Shown here piece by piece: positions 15,051 to 29,161 of a stretch of 64,000 bases of DNA. The translations under genes and the position numbers were made by a program. This stretch comes from Adineta vaga (lineage: Eukaryota; Animalia; Rotifera): contig CP075496.1 in assembly GCA_021613535.1 (NCBI GenBank), forward strand, positions 15,160,635 to 15,224,634, read 5' to 3'. The notes beneath the pieces were generated by a model. It saw only the letters and a list, made by a program, of their open reading frames with translations. It did not search any database and had not been told where the DNA came from. Numbering within the stretch: position 1 is the stretch's first letter; every line of letters starts with the position of its first letter.

Positions 15051-15731
15051 TTTTTTTTGTCAACTGCCAAATCTTTTCGGCCTTACTGAATTTAAAATCT
15101 TTCAATGGTAGCATGGAAAATCTTTTCAGTTCGGTAAAACGCCAATTTTTTTACAGCGCTATTTATTCATTGTGGATTTACAGAAGGAAAAAGTTAATAT
15201 TTAATTAATTCACTGCTTCTCATCTGTCCATTTATAATAATCAACAAGAACAGATCTACATGAGAGAAACCCATTCAAATGTTGTTTTTCTCATTGTTCA
15301 CTTTTGCTATGTTGGATTTTATCATTTAGCTAGAAAACATACGGAAATGCCAACAGAAGTTAGAAAAATGTTAATTGAGTAGCAGGTATTCAGCTCACTT
15401 CTGTAGAGATCAGAAATGACGTGAATATGTTGAGAAACATCGAACTGCACACATGTATTTCTTAATGTGATAAATTTCAATCTATTATTTCTCATTTTTA
15501 CTTCGAAATTTCAAGGAGTAACGATGATAATGACTGTAAGTATGATAAGAATTTTCTCTTCATGTTTTATTTGTGTTGATGAATATTGCCTGTTTATTGT
15601 CGAGAGATAAGTATTATTACAACATTCATTCGACAAACGAAAATGAAAACATCTCGATGACGAACTGTTTTGTACAAATAGTTTTTACAGATTTTCACTG
15701 ATGAAAAATATTCAGCACGATATTTGATTCA

Positions 15732-16152
15732 ATGAGAACATCACGAATACAAAAAAATCGAGTAGGAATTGTTGAGGTAATCTACGCGAAAGAAACTAGT
15801 ACAAAACCATTTAAGATCCTGTTCAACATTTTTAGTCTTATTCAACTCATCTCAACTCAACACAAACAACAGCAACAATCCAACGGAGGAGAACACTGTA
15901 TGCGTATTGAAAAATGTAATCAGTGATGAGAACAAATACTTTTTTCTTTTAGATGTTCGTCTTTGGAGAAAAGAAAATTCCTCCGAAATGTATGTTTTTC
16001 TATGCTTACTATTTTATTCTTTGCAGGAAGCCTGATTTCCATAACGATTGCTAAGATAAAAAAAAATGACATAACGACAGAAAGATCAAAAATGTCAACA
16101 ATGACAACATCGATGTCAACAGAAACAACAACAACAATGACAACATCGATGT

Positions 16153-16183
<31 letters not shown>

Positions 16184-17889
16184 GACATCAACAACAACGA
16201 CGATCACAACCACGATAACGACCACGACAGCAACCACAACAACAACAGCGACAAAAGAAACAACAACGACAGGACCCAGAGGTTAGATCTTTCGTTAAAA
16301 GCAATAGTATTTTATGGAGTAAAAAAAGCATAATCTCAAATGAAGATGTTCATACCGTAGGCAGACAAGATTTTCGAAACACGCGTTTATACCGTTAAAA
16401 CGGTGAAAATCAGATTTTTTCAGCGTTCAACCATGCAGTATTCGAGTGTCAAAGAAAAACTGCGGTTAAACGTCAAAAAATCAAATTTTCACCGTTTTCA
16501 GCGTATGATTTATCATCGAGCGTAGCTCACAGTTGGAAACATAAACTAGTATGCGCAAACGCGTATTTCAAAAATCTTGTCTGCTAGGGTATGAATGATC
16601 TCACACACCCATCGTCAGTATATTCGAGTGCATATATAATACAAGAAGCTCCCAATTCCACTACAATTCTATACTAATAGAAGTTTAAATTGTCTTTCCG
16701 AGCTCATATAGTTAGAAATGTCTGTGTATACGCACGGATAACATCAGAATTATTGCTGACTGAAACTATTAACTGTCATATGGTGTCCGTTTTGAACACA
16801 CGTATTAGTGATGTAGGCGTGAGGCAAACAGCTTTCAGTGATTAGAGATTGTACATATAGGAGATCTAAGAGGTCGAGTATCAATCTAACATTTCTATAT
16901 TTTTTTTTCCAGTATGGATATCTTCAGGGAACATAAATAACCCACATATATTTTCTCCATTATCTTTATTGCCAAACGGACAAGTGTTGCTTGTAGGTGG
17001 AGGATACTCTGATTCTATTACACGGGACACTGAATTGTACGATCCATCAACAGGTATTTGGACACTTGCTAGTCAGACATCAGATTCACGAAAATATCAT
17101 ACGGTGACTGTATTAAAAAATGGACTAGTATTGGTCTGTGGTGGAGAAGTCTCTTACAAAGTTTTATCTAGTGCTGAATTGTATAATGTGTCAACAAATA
17201 CTTGGACGATTACAGGAAGTATGAATTATGAACGACATTCTCACACAGCAACATTATTAATGAATGGCAAAGTATTAGTTGTTGGTGGACATGATCGTCA
17301 GCAGAGACCTATAAGAATTGCTGAATTGTATAATCCATCGACAGGTATTTGGATAATTACAGCTCGAACACATGTTCATCGTGTTCATCACACAGTCTCG
17401 CTGCTATCCAATGGGAAAGTGCTAGTGGCAGGAGGAGATAATTGGTCGCAATCTAAATCGAGTGCTGAACTGTATGATTCATCAACAGGTACATGGAGTC
17501 ATCCAGTTTATATGAACGGCTTACATCGAGGTCATTCAGCATCGATATTAGCCAACGGAAGTGTGTTAATCATTGGTGGATACGATGCTGAATTATACGA
17601 TCCATTAACAGAAACATGGACAATTGCAAGTAAAATGAACACTAGTCGGTATAATCATACAGCATCTGTATTACCAGATGGAAAAGTACTAGTAGCGGGT
17701 GGATTTGGTCATCAACATTGTCTAGATAGTGTTGAATTGTATGATCCACTAACAGACACTTGGTCGATGGAAAATAGTCTGAATTTTAAACGTACACATC
17801 ATACATCAATTGTCTTAATCGATGGAAAAATACTCATTGCTGGTGGCGAGAGTGAAGGTGCACCTGTGTACATTACAGAACTCTATTAA
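15732..17889 (+). CDS. Type II membrane protein with Thr-rich stalk and Kelch (galactose-oxidase-like) beta-propeller (4 exons)
   Basis: In-phase exons 15732-15776, 15836-15897, 15953-16281 and 16913-17889. About 6 repeats of R..HTA.LL.NGKVLVAGG...AELYDP.TGTW. Confidence 0.85.
16351..16593. mobile_element. MITE in Kelch-gene intron
   Basis: TIR CATACCGTAGGCAGACAAGATTTTCGAAACACGCGTTT mirrored by AAACGCGTATTTCAAAAATCTTGTCTGCTAGGGTATG. Confidence 0.75.
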
Positions 17890-18310
17890 ATATCGTAAAA
17901 ATGAACAAGTTATTGAGGAGCTTGATTTTACATCAAATTCAAATTCAAGTTTCCGTTTCTTTTTAGAAAAATTCGAGAGCACACCAGAAACATTATAGAC
18001 ATCGAAAAGCAAAAACATTAGTGAGGTACACTATAGAAAGAACTGTGATAATGTTGGCGATGCCTGTGGTATTGGTAGTATTCCATTAACTGCGCAACAC
18101 CAAAGTATCACTAGCATTAGTAACACCCCCAGAGCCAGTAACAGTTCTAACTTTATCTCTATTTTTCTAATTTTATTTTGTTATAAATTAACCGCTTTCT
18201 TAAAGAATTATTTTACCACAAAATCATATTCCCAAACATATATTCGGATGGTCATATAGCATTTCTTTCATAAAAGAAATTCATTCGTTTGTAGAAGACA
18301 ATAAATGCGA

Positions 18311-18373
18311 TGAGGGTGAGGGTGATAGTAGTATATTATTACATCAATCTCATATACACTCTTATCCTTCAAG
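18311..18373. repeat. Degenerate telomeric-repeat hairpin site 3
   Basis: TGAGGGTGAGGGTGA ... CACTCTTATCCTTCAAG. Confidence 0.5.
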
Positions 18374-18559
18374 TTTTCGCTATAAAATTTAATGAAAGAG
18401 AATCGACTATAAAGAACTTCGATCTAAATTATTCATCTATCGACAATAGATTTGGAGAGAATGCTATCAGAATGATATACTCTAAAAAAAAGGTGTTATA
18501 CCGAACTTAACAGATTTAGTATTCATCCGCGAAACGATTTTAAGGTCCGCAGAATAAAA

Positions 18560-19260
18560 ATGGGTTCGTCACTTTTCGACGGAACCTTTTTAAGTTTCGT
18601 AATTGCTATAATAGTTTCGCGTATCTTTTACGAAACCATGAATAGTTCTGTAAAAGTATACTGAACCCTTCGATACTTTACGAAACTTGGTATGGTTTGG
18701 TAAGAAGCGTACCGAACCTTCAAATGACCAATCAAACATGCAAACGTTTCGTAAGATTCATGCTGAGCCATGAAGAGATGTACGAAACTGTTTCTGGTTG
18801 CGTAAAATATATACCAAACTCGTGGATTATTTGCTGAACTGTTCATAGCTTCGTGAAGAGCATATCGAACCATCATCAAATGTGCTAAACTCTTCAAGGC
18901 TTAGATAATTGTATACCAAAACCTCTGGCCACTTACAGAACCCTACAAGGTTTCGTGTAATAACTACTGAACCTCTCAACCATTTACAGAGCTCTTCAAG
19001 GATTCGTGTAATGAATACCGAACTCTCTGGCCACTTATAGAGCCCCCTAAGGTTTCTTGTAATATGTACTGAACCCCGCAACTATTTACAAAACTCTCAA
19101 AGGTATTGAGGAATAAATACTGAACCTTCCAGCCACTTATAGAACTTTTCATGGTTGCGCGCAATGAATACTGAACCTCGCAACCATTTATAGAACTTTC
19201 CCAGGTTTCGTACAGTGTATACCGAACCTTTCGATCACTCACGAAACGATGTAAGGTTAG
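18560..19260 (+). repeat. 51-bp tandem minisatellite
   Basis: ACTGAACC/ACCGAAC anchors at ~18966, 19017, 19068, 19119, 19170 and 19221. Confidence 0.8.
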
Positions 19261-19429
19261 CATACTTTACATAGAAAACTCTTTTCAGTGATACGAAACT
19301 AATTGTGCGACCGTATTAGGTATTCTAAATCTAGAGCATATCAGAAGTCATTGTGACTGAAAAATAAGTGATAGCCCTGAAGAACGCAGCTACTATGAAC
19401 TTCTAGTGACGGTGAGATAGAAGTCATCT

Positions 19430-19780
19430 ATATCATCAATGACTATCACTGACCGACTAAGCCAGTTCAAAATAGACCGTCCATCAGGAATTTTTCTTTA
19501 GTGTCAATGACTATTATTCACTGACTAGTCCATTTCAAAATAGACCGTCCGTCACAGACTTTTCTTTAGTATCAACGATTATTATTCAGTGGCTAACCCA
19601 TATTTATATAGGCTGTCCGTTAGAAATTTCTCGATGTCATCTATGATTATCATTGACTGACTAGACCGTACGTCAGAATTTTTCCCATATTATCAATGAC
19701 TATTATTGAGACATGAGTTGATATTCATGTAGAGCGTTCGTCAGAGAATTTCTTATCTTGTCATCGACTACTACTGAGAC
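19430..19780 (+). repeat. ~68-bp tandem repeat, about 5 degenerate copies
   Basis: TCAATGACTAT..CTGAC...AAAATAGACCGTCC.TCAG..TTTTTCTTTAG units starting at ~19436, 19504 and 19572. Confidence 0.7.
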
Positions 19781-20287
19781 GAAAATGTGATTGAATATTT
19801 TTCTTGTACTCTGTTTTGATGACGGTATGTAATGTTGGTTTTAAGTGGATGAACTTGTTTTCTTCATATCGTCTTTTCTATTCCTATTTTAGAATAGTTG
19901 GCAGTTCATCCTCTAACGATGAATAGAATAGATAACTATACGACTAACTCGTTATTTCACTAGAGATTCTGTGAATATGGATCTACAAGTTGTGTTTTTT
20001 AAATTAATTTTTCAGTTTCTTTTGTAGGCCAATGGCTATTCTGGATTTTCTAGTGAGTTTCTTTGATCATATAAATATTTATGTTTGTATTTTAGAATTG
20101 TGCTACAACTTTATTAAGATTTAAATACATTTACGTGAATATATTAGTGGTCCTTATGTTCGGATCAAAACTTAACGTTGCTGTGTAAGTACAAGTTTAT
20201 TATTGAATGGACTTAGTTCTTCTATTGAACCTGTGCGGATAGTTAGTGTAAGTAGTCTTTTTGATGAGATGCTTTCAAAGGATGTGC

Positions 20288-20822
20288 TGAGCTCCTGTGT
20301 ATAGCATAGATCTCGATAAGATAACACGAATCTACTATCATGCCCTTCGTCAGGTCTTCTACTGGAAGTTGTTCTTATCTTACTATACTTTTACTTGAAT
20401 GCTAACAAGAAATCGTACACGGCTGCGAACTTGATTTTGAGCATGACTGCTGCATACCAGACAGGTCTGAATAGAGCATACAAACCTCAATAGAGCAAGC
20501 ACAGACAAATTTTCATTCGAAAACTTAGCGAAAATCTCCGTGATATATGATAATAAATATGATAAAACTCAACAGAAATGACTGATGTTTTCGAATGAAA
20601 ATTTGTCTGTGCTCGCTCTTTTGAGTTTTGTATGCTCTATTCAGACCTGTCTGGTATGCAGCAGTCATGCTCAAAATCAAGTTCGCAGCCGTGTACGATT
20701 TCTTGTTAGCATTCAAGTAAAAGTATAGTAAGATAAGAACAACTTCCAGTAGAAGACCTGACGAAGGGCATGATAGCAGATTCGTGTTATCTTATCGAGA
20801 TCTATGCTATACGCAGGAGCTC
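20288..20822. repeat. Long palindrome: ~236-bp arms with ~62-bp spacer
   Basis: 20288-20524 is the near-exact reverse complement of 20587-20822. Confidence 0.9.
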
Positions 20823-22215
20823 AACTCGAAGATGATTTTTCATTTTCTGCAAAACCATCTCGACGAATCCTTTATTTCAACAATGTCAAAAGGAGTATTG
20901 TGCGAAACTATTTGTACCGAACCTTTTCATCGTCATAATTGTGAAGGTTTTGTAATGGACCTTCAATACGAAACCTTGTTAAATTTTTCCTAGAAAGATT
21001 CGGTATAATGTGGTGTATTTAATTGTGCCTTTTTTTGAAAAGTGTGTAGTGATGGAAACCGCAGGTCTTTTGCACGTTGTGTTTTCTTGATGGTGTCCGT
21101 ATGGTGGTAGAGGTTCCCAACTGCAGTTATGTAACAGCCATAAGAGCTGTCGTAATCACCGCTGTGAGTTAGAATCATGTGAACGCGTGGATATAATTGG
21201 TTTGAAAGATTGAAAGTGTTTTTCTGTCGTACTTTCGTAGATGTGTGCACCTATTAGTTAATGTTTCCGACTGTAGTGCGGGAACGGGTTATACTAGTCG
21301 CCGGATATGGGGTTATAGTTTGTCACCGTTTGAACGAGTGAATGTATCTATGCGTCAAGACAGGAAGTGTTTTCTTGTTTTAAATTTAAATACGTTCGCA
21401 CATATTAGTTGAGGTTCCCGACTGAATGTGAGACACACTTCTGAAAAGTTTCCAAGCTAACCAACATAGTATCCATATGAATACGCGCTGTCTAATGTTG
21501 AATGTGTGTACGAGGAAAAAAATCCTGTTGCAATACACGGTGCTTATTTTCATTCGGTTGCGACTTTCAGTCGGGAACCTCGACTGTGGGGTGGACACGG
21601 TCGGGATGTTATGAGCGGTTAAACGTGTTTTTTCAATTTCTCGCCTGCTTGGGAACTGCCGTAAAAGGTTACTGTTTACAGCTGGCGTTTACGATATATT
21701 ACGGTACCATCCGAGTATCGTTTACAGTCGCCGTATTATAACAGTAGTCGTAGACGGCGAACGTATATGGACATCGTTTACGGCCGTACGTCGTTGAACT
21801 GGGAAGGTTTACATCTACTTTTGCCGTCGAGCTGTTTTTCTCATATCAGTTTTTTTCAACGATCATTTGATAAAAACACATAAGAGAAAATATACAATAA
21901 TATCATTTCATCCTGTTAGATAACTTTGAAAAAAAACACGATGTCAAAAATTCAATAAGCTCAAAGACCATTTATAAGCCATCGTCTATTTGTATTCTTA
22001 ACATAAGATTTCGATTTTTTTTGTACCATACTCTTATTTGTTTATGTTTATTCTTATCTTTCAAATATCATTTTTGTAATTGTCGAATTTAGACTAGTTT
22101 TGATTATTAGACTTGGTGATGATTTAGTAGCAATACTTGACGATGATTTTGTAGAGAGTTTAAACTGAAGAACAGAAAACAGTAGAAAAAATTATATAGA
22201 TATGAGACTGAATGA

Positions 22216-23123
22216 CAGTGATGGGATCGGTTCGTGTTTTTGCAAAATCAAACCGAACCGAGAGGATTTTCATTCAAACCGATCGAACCGAACCGAATCA
22301 AACCGAAATATAGTGCTTCTTCCAAATACTAGAAGTTTCTTTTTTAACTTTCGACTAAGAGAACCATATAAAAAGTATCCATGTCTTTAAATCCTTTTGA
22401 GCGCTTTTTTCGGAGCCTTTTGCATCGTTTTCATAGCCAATTTTGAAAAATAATTGGATTTTGAGCTTAAAATGTGTTTAAAATTCAAAATTAGGTCTAT
22501 AATCTCCGGGAGAAAGTTTGAACGGAACTGAAAACTTGGATATTTAAATTATTCAAAACTCATAGAACACATTAGCAGTTACTTCCAAAACCTTTTAGCG
22601 TTGGCAACATTAGAGGCCTTGATGAATTTCTAATATGGAAGGATATTACAAAATTCAATGTGGTGAAAAATTCTAAGTGATCCTGTGAAAAATGATTTTA
22701 TTGTTGATTTCCCTATCGATAGTGATAAATTAAAAATTCACTCCATCTAGCTAACTAATTCGACCATCAAACAATTTGAATTTTTCAAAAATTTTGCAAT
22801 AAGAGAAATCCTTATAAAGAAGCAAACAGAAAATAATAACAATTATATATCTCAATTCTCAAATCTTTGTAAAAGCGTAAAAACATGGTTAATTTTTCAC
22901 TTCTGCATTGTTTGTAATTGAATTGCGAGACATTCCAATTAGACGAGTATCACTATTACAACTTCGCAGACGACATCTTTTCTGTTCTGACTATATGTTT
23001 CTCTGCTGTTCTTATTAATCAAGGTCAACAAAACATGTGTTCACTTTACTTTTACAAATACTTGGAATCGGACCGACCCGAACCGGATTTTAAAAATGTC
23101 AAACCGAACCGATCCTATCACTG
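22216..23123. mobile_element. hAT-like non-autonomous element
   Basis: TIRs CAGTGATGGGATCGGTTCG / CGAACCGATCCTATCACTG, 8-bp TSD CTGAATGA/CTGTATGA (7/8), AACCG subterminal repeats. Confidence 0.8.
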
Positions 23124-23546
23124 CTGTATGATGCTATGTCTTTTCATTTTCACTTACGAACAACGATTCAGACTGCAATTTTCCACTCACTTAATTTTTC
23201 TGATGCAACAAATCTAGTAATACAATCTTAGATAAATGAAACAATAAAGTTAGTTCTCTTCGTGAAATCTACTTACGACAATACGAAAGCAGATGTGAAT
23301 AGTTATTAAATATAAGTATAGAATATAATAAAAACGTTGGGATTTAGGTAGACAATATGAAAGCAAGCTGCTTTCAGTAAGGTTTATTATTATCCGTGAT
23401 AAGAGTTTAATAAAAAAAAGTCATAATTTTTTTATGGAAATGCATTTTCCTGAAAAGAAAAAAAAGCTTGACAGATGGAATCTTTTTTATTTTACTGAAG
23501 CTTTTCAGATGAATAAAATTCCATTTCATACGCATTCATTGTAATC

Positions 23547-26500
23547 ATGACCAACTTTTGTCGTCAGACAATATCTTCTCTGAAAAATTATCTTTTGAAT
23601 CTCAATCTTTTCGAATCATCATCCAATAGTAATGAAACAGACGAACAACAACAACGTCGCTTCAATATTATTGTCACTCGTGTTTACTTAGTTGTTCTTA
23701 TATTTCTTCTCATTTATTACAGTTTTTTAATATGGTCAGATTTGGAAAAAATCCACATAACACTGTATAATTTCAATGAACAAGAGCTAAATGATTTGGC
23801 AATTGATGCAAATTGTCCTTGTTCTCGTATTTCACTATCATATGGTGAGTTTGTCTCATTAGAACCGATTTTACATCAAGTTTGCTCGAGTGATTTTGTG
23901 TCCGATCATTGGATTAAAGCCATTTATTCAAGTTCGAATTCTACGTATTTTAATTTGAATGACTTTCGTACATTTGGAAGTAGCCAATTTCAAGCTTTGG
24001 CTGGTTTTTGTAATCTATCACGTTCCTATCTTCAGCAAAATATTGATTCATTTAAACAAAGCATATTTTTCAATTCACAAATCTTATCAAAGACTACTTT
24101 TCAGAAGGTAGTACAATCAGCTATTGTTCAGTTTCAGCAGACCGTACCTCAAACATTTGCAACGGAATTAGATCTCATACGGCGACTAACAATAACCAAT
24201 CGACTTGTATCCGGACTTCAAACAAATTTTATTATAAAATATGATGACAGTGGCAACTATCTTACTACCAATACGTACAATAACTATAGTGAAACATCTT
24301 GTAACTGTCTATTAAATTTTCAGTGTACATCAAATGCTACCTATGATAGCATATTTGGAGCACCAACACAGGAATATTCTGAGAACATCAAGATACTACG
24401 TGGAATATCTTCGGGTTGTCTACCGGTGGATTCAATTCTTTCATCCACATTGAAATGTTTCTACAAACAGATATGTTTAGACGATCTTATCTCATTTTTT
24501 GCAACTGATAAACGATTCTTAGCAATGAAAATCAATAATAAAAGTCATTTTAGGTCATCTGCAACCGTACAATCAATCGTCGATCAATTGATGATAGAAG
24601 ATTGGATCATCAATATATCTTATCGAAAATATTTTAATAGTTGTGCCGCTCTTTCATGTACTTATTCAATAAGAAAACGATATAGTATGGTATATGTATT
24701 AATAAAGCTAGTTAGTTTTCTCAGCGGCTTGATATTAGTACTCAGACTCGTGATTCCAGCTATTGTTCGATTTATAATAGATAAATTAAATAATGTACAA
24801 TATCCAAAAATTCCTTGTAAGTAACTTGTTGTTATATTATATTCACTTGTGTACGATTTCGATTCTTAGTTTGTACTCGTATAATTCAAATAAAAGCGAA
24901 CGTGAAAAAATTAATCATTGAATTAAATACATTCGAATCTTTTCCTTGTAATGATCGACAAGTTCGATATCAACGCTATGCTACTCGATCGCGTATATTC
25001 TTGATCATTATTTCGGTAGCAATTGTAGCCGGATACATGCTGATGATTATATCAAGTCATCATCGTACTATTATAAATCCAACAGAATCGGAATATATTA
25101 ATCTTGAACAAACATATTCAACTGATCTCAATTGTTCATGTACTTCGACATCTATACCATATCTTTCTTTTATGACTATTAAATCTTGCAAACATCAGTT
25201 ATGCTCCAGTTATTTGATTACGCCACACTGGATTAACTACACTCATTCCGAGAGTCATCTTCTTATGTATATTCTTGACTATCGACAACAAGCTAGTAGT
25301 CAATTTCAAGCATTGGCAGTGCTTTGTGAACAGTCTCAAGCTGCATTCAATAATACACTCGATATTTTTCTTCGAACAGAGATTATTAATGCAAAAGTGA
25401 TTCGCCAAGAATTATTTAAAACTAAAATGAAGCAACTTATCAAAAGTTGGAAATCATTAATGATTAGTCAGTTTAGACAAAGAATAGAGCTTATTCGACA
25501 CACTACGTTTTTAAATCAACTAATGAATCGTAATAATATTTTCTTTCAGAGTGAAAGTACTGAAGGAAAAATAATTACGGAGCCTAGACGCTATGGTGAC
25601 TGCAGTTGTGGTTTGAATCGAACATGCCATGAATCTATGAAAATAGACCCTTATAAGCCAAATGATCATCTGCTAGTCTTTACGGTTCCTAATTTTTTCG
25701 TAGGTTGTTATCCTTTGGAAGCATTATTATTATCGACATTGGAATGTTTCTATAATCAATCATGTATGGAACAACTTTATTCATATTATCATGTACCTCT
25801 CCACAAATCGTGGACTCTTCCCGCACTCAATTCAAGTCTTAGTTCATCTAACGAAACAATTGAATCAATGGTCAATCAATTAATGATTGCTGAGTGGTTC
25901 GAAAATGTTAATTTTAGTTCTTACTATAATAAATGTGCTCCAAAATCATGTATCATCGAATACAATGCTCGCTATAGTCCCATGGCTATTATCAATATTG
26001 TTACTGGTGTTCTTGGTGGATTATCCCTTGGTTTACAAATGCTCATACGGTTGGCACTTTTTATTATCGAAAAACTGATCGCTGGGTTTTCTTTTCGATC
26101 ATTTTCAAAGTCGTTCTTAGAGCTTTTTGACTTCAGTGATGAGGAGAAATCGACGCATCTATTACATGTTATTGTTGTCATAGTGATTCTTTATGCCTTT
26201 TACATGCATCAAGCATTTGATTCTGACGTAATCAAAAAAGAAATAAGGAAACCGTCACGAACCATCTATGACAATTTGATTAAACAATATCCTGATTCTC
26301 TAAACTGTTCTTGCTCAGAATTATCCATTCAATATTATTCGTTTCTTAATATAACTGCTCATTTTCATCAAATATGCTCAAGAGATTTCGTTTCAGAAGC
26401 ATGGAATGTAGTTAACAGTAATTCATGGGTTTTGTTTTTGGGTATTGAGAAAAACTATGCGTATGCAGGTTTAGCACAATTACAAGCGATGGTTTCACTT

Positions 26501-27232
26501 TGTAAAATGTCTCAAGACATAGTACATGATTCACTTGATCAATTATTAACAAGTCATTTGGTCAATAATCAATTATTATCATTAACTTTATTGAAAGAAC
26601 ATATTCAAACACTTATTCATGATTTCAAAATACGAGTACCACAAACATTAATGAATATGTTTGCATTGATTCGCATGACAACAACGGCAAATAAATTGAT
26701 GGTCACATACGGTACCAGTTGGATATTTGCTTTTCCACCAACTAGAATTTCACATCATACTCTACACACAGTTACAACCGTTACATCAGACTGTAATTGT
26801 GCTTTGACTCCGAACTGTCTTATAAAAAATATTTTAGGAATACAAATTGGTTGTTATGTAACTGAAGCTGTCTGTCAATCAACAATTGAATGTCCCTACG
26901 ATCGACATTGCTTGGATTTAACGAATACTAGTCAACCATTAGATGACTCGATCGAACAGAGTCGTTTTCTTACGAATTCAACATTTGAATCAGTTTTCAA
27001 TGAATTGATGTTAGAAAAACTTGTCCATAATCTATCGTACGATGCTTATTTTAATCGTTGTGCACCCTCATTATGTACTCGTTCTTCGTCTAACGAAAGT
27101 AATATAATCAAAGGATTTACAGCATTGGTTTCTCTCTATGGTGGTGTGGTAATCATTGGAAAACTTGCTGCAGTAATCATCGTCAAACTGTTACGATGTC
27201 GATCAACTAGGGTTATAGCAACAGCGAATTAA
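23547..27232 (+). CDS. ~1200-aa multi-pass membrane protein with three Cys-rich extracellular modules (uncharacterised)
   Basis: ORFs 23547-24817 and 24870-27232 are joined in phase by a 52-nt GT-AG intron. The module TM-C.CS..SI.Y..F...HQ.CSS...W...C.C...GC...ST..C.Y...C...Y...CAP..C-TM occurs three times. Confidence 0.8.
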
Positions 27233-27437
27233 ACTATTCAAAAATATTGTTTTCTTTGCTTTAAAAATGTTTGTCAATGTAAAACTAATTTGCTAATATT
27301 AACTCTTGCTTCTTTAACAATCGATTTTGATGTCTAAATAAGTTGAAATACTGTAGATAATATTTAGAGTTCCAATCACAAGTATAAACTTAACAAAGAA
27401 AACTAGTGTCGTACATAGTTAGCAAGCCATATTGAAG

Positions 27438-27496
27438 TGAAGAGTGGGTGTGGGTGTGGGTGAAGAAAAGAGTAATACTCACACCCACACCCTTCA
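27438..27496. repeat. Telomeric-repeat hairpin site 4
   Basis: GAGTGGGTGTGGGTGTGGGTGAAG-loop-CTCACACCCACACCCTTCA; abuts the transposase break. Confidence 0.9.
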
Positions 27497-28210
27497 GATC
27501 GAGTGAATTTCCAGGCCAGATACCATTACCCCAAAACTGAATATCGTTGTCTTGAAGCAAATGTTGGGTCTCATATGCTCGCATACATAGTACTTTATTA
27601 TGGACTAATGTAACTTCATCGACATCGATAACATTTTGTTCAGTTAAGACTACATCACGAAAATATTGACCAGTCCAAGATTCACCTTTTTCTTTAATCA
27701 CCCAACGTAACCTTTTTGCGGTAAAGGTGACAACAATGCCAATACATGCTTGATTTGTAACCATTTCTCGATAACGTTCGTCTTCTTCGATATCATCGAT
27801 ACTTTTCGCCCGAATTCGATCATTTTGATGATTTGGTCGACGAGCAACACATAAATAAAATTCATCAGACGGTGCGAGATGAAGAAATTCTTCCTCGGTC
27901 CAGTCTTTCAACCAGGCACACAGCCATAATCGGTTCGATATATAAGTTTCAGATTTGAACGGTTTTGAAATAACATGGAAAGGTTTGAGCCCTTCTCTAT
28001 GACGGTAATTATTAATTGTTCCTCGAGCGACATATTCTTTTTGCTTTTGTACCATTTCCTTTGCTGACCACATTGGACTGAGCGATGAACTTTCTCCGCG
28101 ACCCATTGTCGATTAATAAATGTTGCACCAGCAACTCGAGCTTCACGGAAAGCGATATACTTAATACGGTCAATAACTCTTTGCTCTTCATTATCGTAAG
28201 TGCCAGCCAT
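27497..28210 (-). mobile_element. Tc1/mariner-superfamily transposase remnant, frameshifted and 3'-truncated
   Basis: SDEFY (first D) and IWPGNSLDL (WPxxSPDLN motif). The protein breaks into hairpin site 4 immediately after DL. Confidence 0.75.
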
Positions 28211-29161
28211 TTAGAGTGATAAGCTTGTTTGATTCACGGAAAGGACAGAGTTGTTATGAAATATATTGATCAGAAAATGCCCTTATGTGTCGTCTGATAA
28301 ATGTTTACAATTTTTTCATTCTACTGCGTTCTAAGATAAGAAAAATAAAAAAAATATCTTCTCTCCACCGCAGTCACGACGTGCAGACAACACAACGCAA
28401 AAGAACCGTAATATCTTTTGAATCATGATCAGTGGTTACGACCATTGTAACAATTTTCTTTTGATTTTTCCACAGATTTCGTTGTTTCTTTGAGCTAAAT
28501 CTCGTCAACAATCAATTACGATGATCACCGTATGCCCAATTTCTCAAACTTTGTTATTCTTATCATACAAAAAAGTTTCAGTATCAATTAAAATAATAGC
28601 GGTATTCCCCTGGCAAAATATTATTCCCAACCTAGCATATCTCTACAGAACGAAAAAAAGACGTATTGTCTTTTGCCTGCTCTATTAGATGGCCTACTTT
28701 GTGGCATGAAACGCACATATTAGCTTACAGCAGATCACTTTTTTAATCGATTCTCTATTTCAAAACGTAGAAGAAAGATATAAGTTAACGTTTTTGACGA
28801 AATAATATGCTTTTGATAAATTTCGTGGTAAGTGTTTTTCGTAAACGTTCAGTAAAAAATAACCACTGATTTGATCGAGATGACTCAAACGCAGAACGAT
28901 AGAGTAACATCTACTCTATCTATATGACATATAAAAAAAATTGAATTTTAAAAAACATTTTTCGAAAAAAGAGAGGAGAATGCTTAATCTTTTTTATCAT
29001 GAAAGTGTCCAGGTGGATTACAAATCGTCGATGAATTGACGCCCCGTCACATACACTGTGTTGTTTTCAGTCGTGAGCAAAAGCCTAGTGTATATATACT
29101 CTCGTAGTTTGATTATTTTTCACTTTGAAAGAAAGCTATTCCTGTAATACTTGTGGACGAA

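Noticed and set aside
15920-16237. Val-rich minus-strand ORF
   Set aside because: Antisense of the poly-Thr stalk exon.
18628-19263. Three overlapping minus-strand ORFs
   Set aside because: Artefacts of the 51-bp minisatellite.
21100-21810. GTTCCC/GGGAAC inverted motifs and TACGG-rich stretch
   Set aside because: Likely old MITE debris; I could not define ends or a TSD.
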